Shown piece by piece: positions 51,446-61,888 of a DNA stretch of 64,000 nt (positions are counted from its first letter, which is position 1; every line of letters starts with the position of its first letter). A program made the translations under genes and the position numbers. The stretch is from a virus: the IMG/VR virus record IMGVR_UViG_3300044609_000960, positions 64,001 through 128,000 of that record; one strand, 5' to 3'. Under the pieces are notes generated by a model that was not told the origin of the DNA, searched no databases, and saw only the letters and a list, made by a program, of their open reading frames with translations.

Positions 51446-52731
51446 GGTGTATATAGATTGGTATAGGTATATGTGAGTGGGCTAAAATCGTTGATAGATG
51501 TAAATGTTATTTGGAGGTTATACAACTTATATGAGATGATTCCAGAAGTGGGAACATATACCTCATTATCTGAATTTATTACATCTATATATGAGTAGAT
51601 ACATTTACCCAATGATTCTGATTCTTCACCAATAAACCCAGCACAAAATCCTTCGACATTGGCTGAATCTTTTAACATTAACTTTGTATCAAGTGTATTT
51701 ATTGTCTTGACAAATGAGAATCCATAAAGTCTTCTCAAAAGATCTTGGTAGGATAGATTAGATCCTAGAGGGAGGTTTATTGGATTGATGTATTCTTGTA
51801 ATGAAACAAGAATCTCATTAGATCTAGATTCTATGTTTCCAGAAATTTCAGCTGGATCATAATAGACCTCAATTACCATATCAATAGGAATTATCTCTGG
51901 TGGTAATATGGAGATATTAGTGCCTAAAGTAACTCTATTTCTTACAGACTCGATAATATACTGGAGTGTTGTATCTGACAGTTGTTTTCCATTATCATCA
52001 CCAGCGCATATGACTATATTCCCAGACAGAGCAGAAGAGAGTTGATACCTTTCTTCGTATGTAAGAACTTTTATCAAGGATGCTTCTGGCGCTAGTACAG
52101 ATACCTCATTCTGAAAGTCTAAAGCAGTAGTTAGATTTCTCCTGCTCAGAACTTCAAAGGCTCTTTTCTTCATCGAGTTAACAGACTCTAAGTCTTTGCC
52201 TCCAGTCGCAGCAGAGTTATTTCTTAGAAAATCTAACCCTACAAAACTTCTTTCAATTTTATTGATTTCTCCTGCTCCGACATTATATACCGACCCCCAT
52301 TTCTCTGAGCGACAAATAGCAGTGATGGAATCTTCCGACTCAAGAATCCTTACTTCCTCAAGGAGGGTAAAACTAAGACCATTATTTGCATATACTCTAG
52401 TCCCAGATGGTATAATTACAACTCTATTATACCCAGGTACTTTATAAAAACTCACATCAACTAACGCCCTTGCTCCTATCCTTCTTTGAATGCCTAATTG
52501 TCTTAACCATTGTAGACTAAATGCCTCGGGGAGATTGTTAAGATAATAAAGAAGTTCTGATTGGGCGAATGCTTGACCTTCACTAATTGCCGCTAGTGGT
52601 GAAGCCGGAGTAAAATCATTTAACTCACCTCCAGACTCAAGATTTATTCTGGTCTGAATTGCGCGTACTAATGCCGAAGTATTTCTACTATCGAGTTGGA
52701 GTGGTAGTATCGGACCGTAGATATTAGCCAT
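51442..52731 (-). CDS. Baseplate J-like protein
   Basis: DFTPASPL, LRQLGIQRR..ARA, IPSGTRV, GSVYNVGAGEI, ATGGKDLES, TTALDF motifs. Confidence 0.9.
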   Translation of the reverse strand: MANIYGPILPLQLDSRNTSALVRAIQTRINLESGGELNDFTPASPLAAISEGQAFAQSELLYYLNNLPEAFSLQWLRQLGIQRRIGARALVDVSFYKVPGYNRVVIIPSGTRVYANNGLSFTLLEEVRILESEDSITAICRSEKWGSVYNVGAGEINKIERSFVGLDFLRNNSAATGGKDLESVNSMKKRAFEVLSRRNLTTALDFQNEVSVLAPEASLIKVLTYEERYQLSSALSGNIVICAGDDNGKQLSDTTLQYIIESVRNRVTLGTNISILPPEIIPIDMVIEVYYDPAEISGNIESRSNEILVSLQEYINPINLPLGSNLSYQDLLRRLYGFSFVKTINTLDTKLMLKDSANVEGFCAGFIGEESESLGKCIYSYIDVINSDNEVYVPTSGIISYKLYNLQITFTSINDFSPLTYTYTNLYTP

Positions 52732-53786
52732 TAGAATGTATTAGAGAATTTACGAGAAGACATTGGCAATCCGTCTTCTTTATCAGAATTTAAAATTTTT
52801 GGAAGATTGGACGTATCGAAATAGTCCCCATTAGACATAGTAGCTGGGTCAAATGTTAAGAGATTATTAATTCTAGGTCCGATGAGACTTATTTCATAAA
52901 TATCCCTATCACTTTGAGAAAGACCAGCGATATTGGCCAAGTCCCCTAGAACTGAAGTAGCATTCCAAATATCCGATCCAGAAAGAACAGAATTGATTTC
53001 TAGCGAAATATCTCTAAGAGACTCGGCTCCTGCGGGGTTGAATACTGACTCAAGGGACGTATTCGATGGATAACCAACATATCCATCAATCACTGAGTTT
53101 TTAAATGTGACAGGGGTAGTAGAGGATGAAGTTTCGAATCCTGGATAAGCGATTTCAGAGAAATATTTCTGAGGAGAAAGGTATCCGGTTGCAAAAGATA
53201 CACCCCTATAATCCTTATCTAGATCAATACTTTGAGACAAAGATACGGTAGTATCTGGGGGTGGGGTGCTTATTTTATTCTTGGGATTATTACCTGCGAT
53301 TTTTGCAATGAATGAAATATCTGGCCCTAATACCGGATCTGAATTAATTGACGATATTACACCATCGGCCAAAGAGGACGTATTTTCAAATCCTACAAAC
53401 AATTTATTAAAAGTTTTAAGAATGAAATCTTTTAAACCTTCTCCATATCGCGTACTAGAATCTATCTCTAGAGATAATTGTTTTGGTAATTTTTTAAAAA
53501 TTTTTGTAATCCAATCTGCACCGAAAGTGCTATCAATATAATCCGCGAAAAAGTTATCTTGTTGATATCTAGATAATAAATAGTCTTTAATAGACTCAAA
53601 AAAGTAATCTTTCGATTCTAAAAAACTTTCAAAGATATCAGATGGTCTTTGGGAATCAAAAATCTTTGTTGGTGAGTTACTTATTATCTGATTTTGAACC
53701 TCTCTGAATAGATCGGTGCTACCATATGCTACTGAGGCGAGCCCACTCAGCGTACTAAAATTATCAGTAATATACCCTGTTTTCAA
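52731..53786 (-). CDS. Possible gpX/gp53-like (LysM-like N-terminus) baseplate protein
   Basis: TLSGLASVAYGSTDLFREV at the N-terminus; head of the baseplate operon; TTG start. Confidence 0.5.
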   Translation of the reverse strand: MKTGYITDNFSTLSGLASVAYGSTDLFREVQNQIISNSPTKIFDSQRPSDIFESFLESKDYFFESIKDYLLSRYQQDNFFADYIDSTFGADWITKIFKKLPKQLSLEIDSSTRYGEGLKDFILKTFNKLFVGFENTSSLADGVISSINSDPVLGPDISFIAKIAGNNPKNKISTPPPDTTVSLSQSIDLDKDYRGVSFATGYLSPQKYFSEIAYPGFETSSSTTPVTFKNSVIDGYVGYPSNTSLESVFNPAGAESLRDISLEINSVLSGSDIWNATSVLGDLANIAGLSQSDRDIYEISLIGPRINNLLTFDPATMSNGDYFDTSNLPKILNSDKEDGLPMSSRKFSNTF

Positions 53787-53811
53787 GGCGAATTTCCTTT
53801 GCTCTATTATA

Positions 53812-53838
53812 ATTTAAACCTTAGTAATTAGATTAAAG
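53812..53838. promoter_or_regulatory. Back-to-back late promoter variants: GTTTAAAT (minus, 53812-53819) and GATTAAAG (plus, 53831-53838)
   Basis: Each lies about 25 nt upstream of the start codon of one of two divergent structural operons. Confidence 0.6.
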
Positions 53839-53864
53839 ATTATCAGACAAACCTCGTATTGTTG

Positions 53865-54416
53865 ATGGCTGAGGCAACATTCCAACAACTAACAACTTTG
53901 CTCCCTGGCGAAGAACCATTCATTGGTGATCTCGATGAGGGAGAACTTTGTATCAATGTTGCTGATGGAAGGATTTGGGCAGGGGATTCAATTTCTACCC
54001 CCATAGAACTCGGAGGAGCGGTTAAAAACCATCCAATGGGCCCACTAATTACTTCGAATTATCTGGAGGTAGATGTAACATCTCCAGATAATTTACCAAT
54101 CTCGAATACGAATCCGTTGGACATCCCCCCTGGGTACTATAGAGAACAAAGAATTCTTTTAAGATTTCCAGAAACCGAACTTGAGAACTTTACAACTTAT
54201 TTCGACTACCCAGTGAACTGGGGCAGTGAGATAATTTGGAAAGCTTATTCCACAGGTTTTACCTGGGGAGGTGGTGATGAGATTTTAAATCCAACGGCGG
54301 ATAATCCTATTGATTTTTATAAAGCCCAAGGAAGAATCATCTTGGTAGAATTAAACTCTTTTGGTCCAAGTTCATATTGGATGGGAAGAGTTCTCTGGGT
54401 TAACTCTAATTCTTAA
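53865..54416 (+). CDS. Small tail/fibre-associated protein
   Basis: LDEGELCINVADGRIWAGD motif typical of fibre N-terminal domains; ATG at 53865. Confidence 0.65.
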   Translation: MAEATFQQLTTLLPGEEPFIGDLDEGELCINVADGRIWAGDSISTPIELGGAVKNHPMGPLITSNYLEVDVTSPDNLPISNTNPLDIPPGYYREQRILLRFPETELENFTTYFDYPVNWGSEIIWKAYSTGFTWGGGDEILNPTADNPIDFYKAQGRIILVELNSFGPSSYWMGRVLWVNSNS

Positions 54417-54431
54417 TTTACGCCCTCGATC

Positions 54432-57400
54432 ATGTTAGATAAGATCCAGTTCCAGAACGGAACGATTGTAACCAAAGAATATCTCAATGAGGTGCAGAAA
54501 GGCACGAGTTTTTCTGCGACAACAGGACGTGCCAATTTTTACGCCGAGCCTACAAACTCTGAGCATGCTGGTTGGTCAGTTGGTCAAAGAGACTCTGTCA
54601 AAGACTGGGAACTAGCTGATCCCAGAGAAGATAATGAAACAGCGGTAGGTAGGCTTGCTCATGACGGTATTGTATTAAATTCCTATAATCCTACTACTGG
54701 GGCCAAGGTATGGGGTCCTCCTGCTCTTATTGAAACTGCACCTAATAGCGGAGTATATGGAGTCTGGGTAGAGGCAGGTAGTATCGTTCTTTCTGATGGA
54801 CAACCTATCTCTTGGGGAGTTCAGTTTGTTCAGTTATTAAGTGGCGTAGAAGTAAACTATCTATATATCTCAGAAGAAGGCGTAAGAAATAATATTGAAA
54901 ATAACGAGGCTATAGAGATCTCGATTGATCCAGGCCTACCATCTGTCTCCGAGCCACATATCCCTCTTGCTAAATTAACCCTATCCGCTGATGGAACTTC
55001 TTTAGCAACCAATGAGGACGGCGAAGTTGCTGGAGTTGGTTATGTAGATCTTCGTCCTTCACTATATATTGGTAATCTTAATACCTATCCCCGTACCCTA
55101 CGTAACACAGAAACCAAAGAAGATTCTTATGTTGCAAAGGCATGGGAAAGAGTTATTGCTGATACCTCGAATGGTTCATTAATTGTTTCTCTGCCTTCCA
55201 ATCCCACAGATTCCGATCGTATTGCTATTGTTGATATTTCTGGGACATTCGATAGATTCCCTGTTGTCATCCGCCCAGGTGGAGACACAAAAATTAACAA
55301 CTCAGTGGATGATTGGATTGTTAATATCCGTGATGCCCACCTAGAACTTTTCTATCACGGAGCTACTTCTGAATGGAAATTTGAGGAGACCCCCGGCGGA
55401 GATTGTAATCCCGTTCTTGGAACTTTCTTGAGTTGTGGTGGTAAGGAATTCATCGGCCAACGCCTAGCAACAGAATGTCCTGATGGTGATATCGTCCCCG
55501 TTACCTTCCCCAATACCCCAGATGGAGTATATAGATACGAGGCATCCACTCAGAAATGTTATAAAGAATACTATCCTAAAGTTGCTGTATACGCCAATGG
55601 AGAGGGTGGTCTTATTTCAATTAATAATGCACCTCGTTGCTCTAAGGATTCTTCTTCGGAAATCTCTGCTGCTTCAGTTAAGAATATCATCTATGTTGAT
55701 CCGGCAGTTGGTGATGACTCATTGACCAATAGTGGCTTTGACTCTGATCGTCCTTTCAGAACTATTGAAAGAGCACTTATCGAGGCGGTAAGAGAAAGTC
55801 GTAGGGCTGGGCAATATAACGATCGTTACGATAGAGTGATGATTGAGTTGGCTCCTGGTGACTATTATGTAGACAACTCACCAGGTGTGAGCAGTGTGCC
55901 TTCTCTCTCAGCCAATAATGGTTTGATTCAGAGAGTATTTACTGGATTTACAGTTCTTCAGGTTATCGAAGCTGATAGATCGATTAGAATTGATATCGAT
56001 GCGCTCGATCCTACTCTCACCCAACCGCCTAAGTCTTTAAATCTCGGAAGAATTCTATATTCCCAGAGTGGTGGTGTAGGTAATGTAGTTAAAGTAGAAA
56101 AGCAGACCCTTAGTTCGTCACTTTGGACAATTACTCTAGAGTATGTAAGAGGAACATTCGCGTTCAACGATGAACTATACTACGATAATCTATCAGTAGT
56201 TAACCCATCAACCGGTGGTCTAGTAGTCCCTAGAGGTATTTCGGTTGATGGTGTGGATCTTCGTAAGGTCCGTGTAAGACCAATGTATGTACCTGAGTTG
56301 ACTCCTACGGAGATTGAACCTCAGACAAAGAGAACCGCAATCTTCAAGGTGACTGGTGGTACATACATTTCACTTCTAACCTTTACTGATAACCCTCAGT
56401 ACGCAAGAACCCATAACACAGTCACCTCAGTAACATTTGCTTCAGAAGCAGAGATTTTTGGTTCTGGAGATGAAGTCTCCTATTACTCCAAACTTAATTC
56501 TCTATTCAATTCATTTGATGGTTGGGGCAATGAAGGTCTTGAGCCAATCCGTGCAGAGACCACTATCGTTGCTCCTATCGCACCTTCTAAGAGCCTGCGC
56601 CAAAATGACCTAGAGGAGAATCAAACTGGTCTCCCTGGAGCCGACTCCAGAGACCTAACTTCTGTCTCTTATCCTGGACCTACTCGTCTTATCCGTAAAG
56701 ATTCTTCAGGTAGTCAATTATTTGGTCTTCCTGACATCAACTCGACCAGATCATCCTCGCCATATGTCTTCAATTGCTCGGTAAGATCGATCTTCGGCCT
56801 TAATGGTATGTGGGCAAATGGAGCTTTAGTTTCTGGCTTCAAGTCGATGGTGACTGCCAACTTTACTCAGGTATCACTCCAGACCGATCCTAATTGCTTC
56901 AATGATCAAGGATACTATCTCGATCCCCCAACAAATAAGGAAACAGGTCAAGGTAAGCAATATCGCGTAAGCCCTAACGATCGCTTTAAGTATCGTCATT
57001 GGGGATTTAGAGGAAGTAACGACTCAACAATTCAAATTGTGTCTTGCTTTGTTATTGGTAACTCTGATCACTTTATCTCTGATAGTGGAGCTGATTTATC
57101 AATCACTAACTCCTGTTCTGACTTTGGTGATATCTCACTAAGAGGTATTGGGTATAAAGCTAATCCATTTAGCCAAGACGAAGGTATCCCAGGACCCGGT
57201 TATCTTGGTACAAGACTTTCTCAGGTCATTCCTCCTCTTCCTTTAAAGTACGCCTGTAAGAAAGATCTTCAAGGTAATGTAATTGATAATGGTAATTGTT
57301 TTACTAATCGCCAACCAACTCTAGTTGATACTGAAATCAATACGAGTTTGGTAATTAATTATGAAAAGACTGAAACTTATATTCTAGCAAATGCTGTTGG

Positions 57401-59417
57401 ATTTAATGCTCCTAGTATCTTAAGAGTATATTTTGATAATGCTGATAATGCCAATCCATTTACTCTGGAGAATCCTCCATCAGCAGATATAGCTGCCTTT
57501 GGACAATTCTCTTATACTAAAAAGAATCTTGAAGGACAATATATTCATGCTGGTGGCACAAGTTATATAAATAGAAGAAGAGTATATATCAACGGATTTG
57601 ATGAAGACGGTAATTCTGTCGTCTACTCCGGTGAAATTCAAATCTCTACTACTGCAACGCCTGGATTTGAAAAATTAGATGATAGATCTAAGGTTTTCGC
57701 TTGGGACGCAACTGCTTCTTCTTGGTATATTTCTCTCAAAACAAATGATATCGTAGAAGAGACTGTAGATGAAGATGGAGATGGATATCTCCTCAAGAAA
57801 CTTGATTATGCATTCCGATTTAAACTAGCTCCAGGTACAGCACCTAACCAAGCTATACGGGACATCGACTTTATCTTCGATCGTTCTGCGATCAAAATCA
57901 TTCGTGGTATCGACTCAAGAAAGAACGATGATCGAGTTTATAGAGTAATTCTTACCGGATTTGATAAGAGTCTCGGTATCCGTCGTCCTCAACCATACTA
58001 CGTACTTGAGAAGCAGGCATCCTCGGCCGGATTCCCTCTTAATGGTTCACCGGATCTTATCGAAGATCCTCTCATCATTACTCAGATTCGTACCTATAAT
58101 GAGGTATTTAGACCCGGCATAACTTCTCCATTAGACCAAGATAAATTTGTTACTTATCTTACTACCGGCAGTGTAGCTCGTCAGGTATTTAGTGGAGATG
58201 TATTCCCTTCTGTCGATCTTGATGAACCTGAATTGACTGAAGATCCAGCAGATTCTATTACAAAGATTGCTCTTCAGCAACTCAAGGAAAGACCCGGAGT
58301 AGACTTTGAAAGAGAGATAACTCCATCAACGGAAAGATTTAATATCAAACTCCGTGCAAATAGCACCGATGTAGGTATCCTTATTAACCTCCGTCGTCCT
58401 TCTGTAATTAGAGCCTCTAATCATACTTGGGAATGGACAGGTTATCTTAACTATGATACTGCCTTCCCAACATTCCAAGGTGATCCTCTAGAAGCTGAAT
58501 TTGCTTTAGGTAAAATTATCGTTGAAGAAAGTGGTGGTAGAGTTTATGCCACTGGGATGAATGAAGAGGGTAGTTACTATATCGGCACTACAGTATTCGA
58601 TCTTCGTTCTGGTGAGCAATTCGCTATCCCGCTTAAGGCTGATACTGAGCCCGGTAATGTAACCAACCAGGTACTTAATAATGTAATTGTTAAGAATACT
58701 CTCCTCATGGCAGATGATAGTAAGATTATCTTCCAAGATGGTACTCAGATTATCCTTAATAAGAATACTGAAATTGTATCTAATGTAGGTCCTATTACCG
58801 CCGGTGATGGTTCTAAGTCCTATGGTACTACGGATTTCGCTGGTCTTGTTCAGTTAGCTAAACGTGAGGATATCGAGGGTGCTAGAAACCTTATCGGACT
58901 TAAAGGGGTTTCAGACAAGGTAGTTGTATCGGCCCTTCAACTTGCTCAAGAATTTGAGACTAGACTCTCTGGATTTATTAGTGCAGGTACTGGCGTAACT
59001 GTCCAAGTTACACCTAATAATGCTGGTACAGAAGACGAGGCGGATGACTTTAATACTTATGCAGTGTCTATTGGCCAAGACGTTGCCACTACTGCTAATG
59101 TTACATTCAATAGTGTCACTGCTGCTGCTGATATTTGTGCTTTCTCTGATATTAGATTAAAGCAGAATGTTCTCTCGATTGATAACTCATTAGCTAAGAT
59201 CGAAGGTCTTCGCGGTGTCTCCTTTGAGTTAAAGAATGATCCCGGTGTCCCTCATCTCGGACTTATTGCCCAAGAGGTTAAGGATGTTGTACCAGAGGTG
59301 GTGCATCATGACGATGCCACTGATATGTATAAAGTATCATATCAATCATTAATTCCTGTGCTAATCGAGGCAATTAAAGAACTATCAGATCGCGTTAAGA
59401 AACTCGAGGAGAAGTGA
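54432..59417 (+). CDS. Long tail fibre with C-terminal peptidase S74 chaperone, paralogous to the first fibre
   Basis: IYVDPAVGDD..PFRTIERAL, SPYVFNCSVRS, RRPSVIRASNHTWEW, GRVYATGMNEEG; FSDIRLKQNV...GLIAQEV...SYQSLIPVLIEAIKEL. Confidence 0.88.
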   Translation: MLDKIQFQNGTIVTKEYLNEVQKGTSFSATTGRANFYAEPTNSEHAGWSVGQRDSVKDWELADPREDNETAVGRLAHDGIVLNSYNPTTGAKVWGPPALIETAPNSGVYGVWVEAGSIVLSDGQPISWGVQFVQLLSGVEVNYLYISEEGVRNNIENNEAIEISIDPGLPSVSEPHIPLAKLTLSADGTSLATNEDGEVAGVGYVDLRPSLYIGNLNTYPRTLRNTETKEDSYVAKAWERVIADTSNGSLIVSLPSNPTDSDRIAIVDISGTFDRFPVVIRPGGDTKINNSVDDWIVNIRDAHLELFYHGATSEWKFEETPGGDCNPVLGTFLSCGGKEFIGQRLATECPDGDIVPVTFPNTPDGVYRYEASTQKCYKEYYPKVAVYANGEGGLISINNAPRCSKDSSSEISAASVKNIIYVDPAVGDDSLTNSGFDSDRPFRTIERALIEAVRESRRAGQYNDRYDRVMIELAPGDYYVDNSPGVSSVPSLSANNGLIQRVFTGFTVLQVIEADRSIRIDIDALDPTLTQPPKSLNLGRILYSQSGGVGNVVKVEKQTLSSSLWTITLEYVRGTFAFNDELYYDNLSVVNPSTGGLVVPRGISVDGVDLRKVRVRPMYVPELTPTEIEPQTKRTAIFKVTGGTYISLLTFTDNPQYARTHNTVTSVTFASEAEIFGSGDEVSYYSKLNSLFNSFDGWGNEGLEPIRAETTIVAPIAPSKSLRQNDLEENQTGLPGADSRDLTSVSYPGPTRLIRKDSSGSQLFGLPDINSTRSSSPYVFNCSVRSIFGLNGMWANGALVSGFKSMVTANFTQVSLQTDPNCFNDQGYYLDPPTNKETGQGKQYRVSPNDRFKYRHWGFRGSNDSTIQIVSCFVIGNSDHFISDSGADLSITNSCSDFGDISLRGIGYKANPFSQDEGIPGPGYLGTRLSQVIPPLPLKYACKKDLQGNVIDNGNCFTNRQPTLVDTEINTSLVINYEKTETYILANAVGFNAPSILRVYFDNADNANPFTLENPPSADIAAFGQFSYTKKNLEGQYIHAGGTSYINRRRVYINGFDEDGNSVVYSGEIQISTTATPGFEKLDDRSKVFAWDATASSWYISLKTNDIVEETVDEDGDGYLLKKLDYAFRFKLAPGTAPNQAIRDIDFIFDRSAIKIIRGIDSRKNDDRVYRVILTGFDKSLGIRRPQPYYVLEKQASSAGFPLNGSPDLIEDPLIITQIRTYNEVFRPGITSPLDQDKFVTYLTTGSVARQVFSGDVFPSVDLDEPELTEDPADSITKIALQQLKERPGVDFEREITPSTERFNIKLRANSTDVGILINLRRPSVIRASNHTWEWTGYLNYDTAFPTFQGDPLEAEFALGKIIVEESGGRVYATGMNEEGSYYIGTTVFDLRSGEQFAIPLKADTEPGNVTNQVLNNVIVKNTLLMADDSKIIFQDGTQIILNKNTEIVSNVGPITAGDGSKSYGTTDFAGLVQLAKREDIEGARNLIGLKGVSDKVVVSALQLAQEFETRLSGFISAGTGVTVQVTPNNAGTEDEADDFNTYAVSIGQDVATTANVTFNSVTAAADICAFSDIRLKQNVLSIDNSLAKIEGLRGVSFELKNDPGVPHLGLIAQEVKDVVPEVVHHDDATDMYKVSYQSLIPVLIEAIKELSDRVKKLEEK

Positions 59418-59420
59418 TAG

Positions 59421-61538
59421 ATGTCTGCAAAGTTTACAACTTCTGGTAACATCAAAGTTGATGCTGGTATCCAGTACGTAAAATTACGGATGGATATTAG
59501 TTGGAATGATAGCGCAGCTACTTATGGCATTGCTTTAAAAAGTCTCTCATTTTCAGCAGATAATAGGACCATAGAATGGTCCAGAGATGATAGTAATGAG
59601 TCTGGGAGCGCAGACCGTACATTTAATATTTCCGGGCAACAAAGCGGTGCAACAGAAGTAAGTATTAATTATCAGTCTCAAGGTACATCTTTAAATGTAG
59701 TAAAGCAAAGTGATAAAAAAATAATATTTTTAGATGGTGATGGTAGTGATGCAAATGCTACCATAACTCTATCAATATTAGAAAATGTTCCTTTCTCTGC
59801 CACTCCTCCTCCAGTAGTTCCTCCAGGTGGTGGTTTTACTCCCGCTCCCCCGTTAGATTGCCCCCCAGGCCCTTGGTCAGATCCCAATATTCCTCCACCT
59901 TGTGGGGCTCCTCCTAGTGGTATTTCCTCGTCTGATGGATTGCAAATATCCATAACTGGACAAAATCAGATCACTCTTAATCTAAAAAATTACGTAAATA
60001 AACTTGTGAGTTTAAAAATAACTCATCAGGTAGATGCGGCCTGGACACAAAGTTTTAGTTTTAATATTCCTAATTGCTCGGATATTAGTCCTGATACAGG
60101 CGGGGCACCATACTCTAAAGGGGCGTATTCTAATTCAAATATCACGGGTACTAATGTATTCTACGTATATAATATAGATGGAGGAAATAATAACTACGTA
60201 TTTAATCATAGTTCTATTGCTGGTCCGGCCCCTACCCGCCAACTCTACTCAAAACAATGCACTACAACTTGTGATGAAGAAGGGAATTGTGTTGAGACTT
60301 GTGTCTGTGTACCATCTGGTATAGAGACTTTTGGTCCTTGGCCATATTGCAATACTGGCGTGGCCATATCAAAAAATGGTGGGGATAAAGTACAATGGCA
60401 ATATGAAGATGGTGGTGGTGGAAGTTATGATGATCAATATGTCACCGTAGAAGTTATTGGAGTAAGAAATGCCATTTCGTCGGTTGGAGCTATTTGTACC
60501 TCAGCTTTAAAGGCAAATGTATGGATTCCAGATTCTACTCAAGCGGGAATAGTAGGAAACTGTATCGGAAATTATAAAAACCATTCACAAAAAATCAGAT
60601 TTAGAATCCCATCTTTAAAAGTTTCTAAGACTACTTTTTCAGATCCGGTGTGTAGTTCAAGTTTTAGAGGTGTTGCTGGAGCCGTTCCACCGAGCCAACA
60701 ACTTGGTAGTTTAAGTTCAGAGTACTCAGTCTTACATCTTTTCAATGATGATTTTTATACAACAACATCATTGATATCTGGCAATGGAATTATCGTAACA
60801 CCTCAGAATCTTGATGATGACTACCATAGTCCGTTTAATGAGGCAAATCCACAATCTAATACCAATCTTGGGACCTTAGATAGGAGATATTACACTGTCC
60901 AATTTACTGATGGAACTCAGGTAACTCCGGGCGCACAAAATATAGGGGTTACTGTGGGGCAGAATGTAACTGCTGGTGGATTGAATACTAATATCACTCT
61001 ATTTAAAAAAGAACAAGTAAATACAAATACTATGAGAGTGTGGTTCTACACTTCTTATAGTGAAAATGTTCAATTTACTAATGATATAATTCATGTATTT
61101 GATGATGATCAAAATACAACAAATACCGCACTATCAAAACTAGTAAATCCCGGTAGTATTATTATTACCCCACAAAGTTTAACTGATCCCGGTAATGGTA
61201 CTGCAGGATTTGAAACTTTGAACCAAACAAATAAAAAACATTATTTAATTACATTCTCTGATGACACCATAGTACAAACTGGTGGTACTAATATAGAAAT
61301 AGATGTTAATAGAAATCTAACGGCTAGCGGATTAACAGTGCCTGGTTTTGTGTCTAAAAAAGAGAGAGTTGACGACAAGAACCTAAGGGTATGGTTTACT
61401 TGGTACTATGCAGATAGACCAGTTGGATTAGAAAATGATAACGGATTTGCCAGAGACTGGAGTGTAAGAAGAATTAAACCTGAAAACTCTTCTGGTAATG
61501 TATTTGTTCGTAACTGGTATTTAAGTAAAATTAACTAA
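59421..61538 (+). CDS. Putative fibre-tip protein with Pro-rich linker, Cys-rich segment and tandem duplicated C-terminal domain
   Basis: PPPVVPPGGG...CPPGP linker; two copies of IIxTPQxL...YxxxFxDxT...NxTAxGL...KKExV..xRVWF. Confidence 0.65.
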   Translation: MSAKFTTSGNIKVDAGIQYVKLRMDISWNDSAATYGIALKSLSFSADNRTIEWSRDDSNESGSADRTFNISGQQSGATEVSINYQSQGTSLNVVKQSDKKIIFLDGDGSDANATITLSILENVPFSATPPPVVPPGGGFTPAPPLDCPPGPWSDPNIPPPCGAPPSGISSSDGLQISITGQNQITLNLKNYVNKLVSLKITHQVDAAWTQSFSFNIPNCSDISPDTGGAPYSKGAYSNSNITGTNVFYVYNIDGGNNNYVFNHSSIAGPAPTRQLYSKQCTTTCDEEGNCVETCVCVPSGIETFGPWPYCNTGVAISKNGGDKVQWQYEDGGGGSYDDQYVTVEVIGVRNAISSVGAICTSALKANVWIPDSTQAGIVGNCIGNYKNHSQKIRFRIPSLKVSKTTFSDPVCSSSFRGVAGAVPPSQQLGSLSSEYSVLHLFNDDFYTTTSLISGNGIIVTPQNLDDDYHSPFNEANPQSNTNLGTLDRRYYTVQFTDGTQVTPGAQNIGVTVGQNVTAGGLNTNITLFKKEQVNTNTMRVWFYTSYSENVQFTNDIIHVFDDDQNTTNTALSKLVNPGSIIITPQSLTDPGNGTAGFETLNQTNKKHYLITFSDDTIVQTGGTNIEIDVNRNLTASGLTVPGFVSKKERVDDKNLRVWFTWYYADRPVGLENDNGFARDWSVRRIKPENSSGNVFVRNWYLSKIN

Positions 61539-61855
61539 TGATAACCTCGATATCATCTTCTTCTGGGCGTAAAGCCCGACCACCAAAATGGTGGGGGAAG
61601 TTAGTAGATACTATTCCCCGCCTAGAGTTGCCATGGCTCAGACCCCAAACCTGGACACCGGAATTGGCTCAGAAGTGGATGAGAAGTATCCCATCAAAGT
61701 GCCCATTTGAACGTCAATGGTGGGTGGGGGATAGACTGATTCTCTTCATCCCAGCACTCTGCTCTCTCAATCCCCTCTCCACCCAACTCTACTCTCTACG
61801 CCTTGAAGCCCAGACGTACCTGGCCAGACTTGAGGTCGATGAAAAATCAGTTTAA
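61538..61855 (+). CDS. Mo-dependent nitrogenase C-terminal domain protein (Mo-nitro_C-like, cyanobacterial)
   Basis: IPSKCPFERQ...LFIPALCSLNPLSTQLYSLRLEAQTYLA matches the family pattern IPxxCPFER...IPPLCKLNPLYxQLxxLRxxAxxYLA. Confidence 0.85.
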   Translation: MITSISSSSGRKARPPKWWGKLVDTIPRLELPWLRPQTWTPELAQKWMRSIPSKCPFERQWWVGDRLILFIPALCSLNPLSTQLYSLRLEAQTYLARLEVDEKSV

Positions 61856-61857
61856 AG
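61850..61857 (+). promoter_or_regulatory. GTTTAAAG motif containing the upstream TAA stop
   Basis: Exact motif, but about 105 nt from the next ATG. Confidence 0.45.
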
Positions 61858-61888
61858 AAATGTATCCAGATTTGGACCTGAAATCCAA

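Noticed and set aside
61538-61855. Nitrogen-fixation gene claim
   Set aside because: The Mo-nitro_C family name is historical; the protein has no nitrogenase catalytic features.
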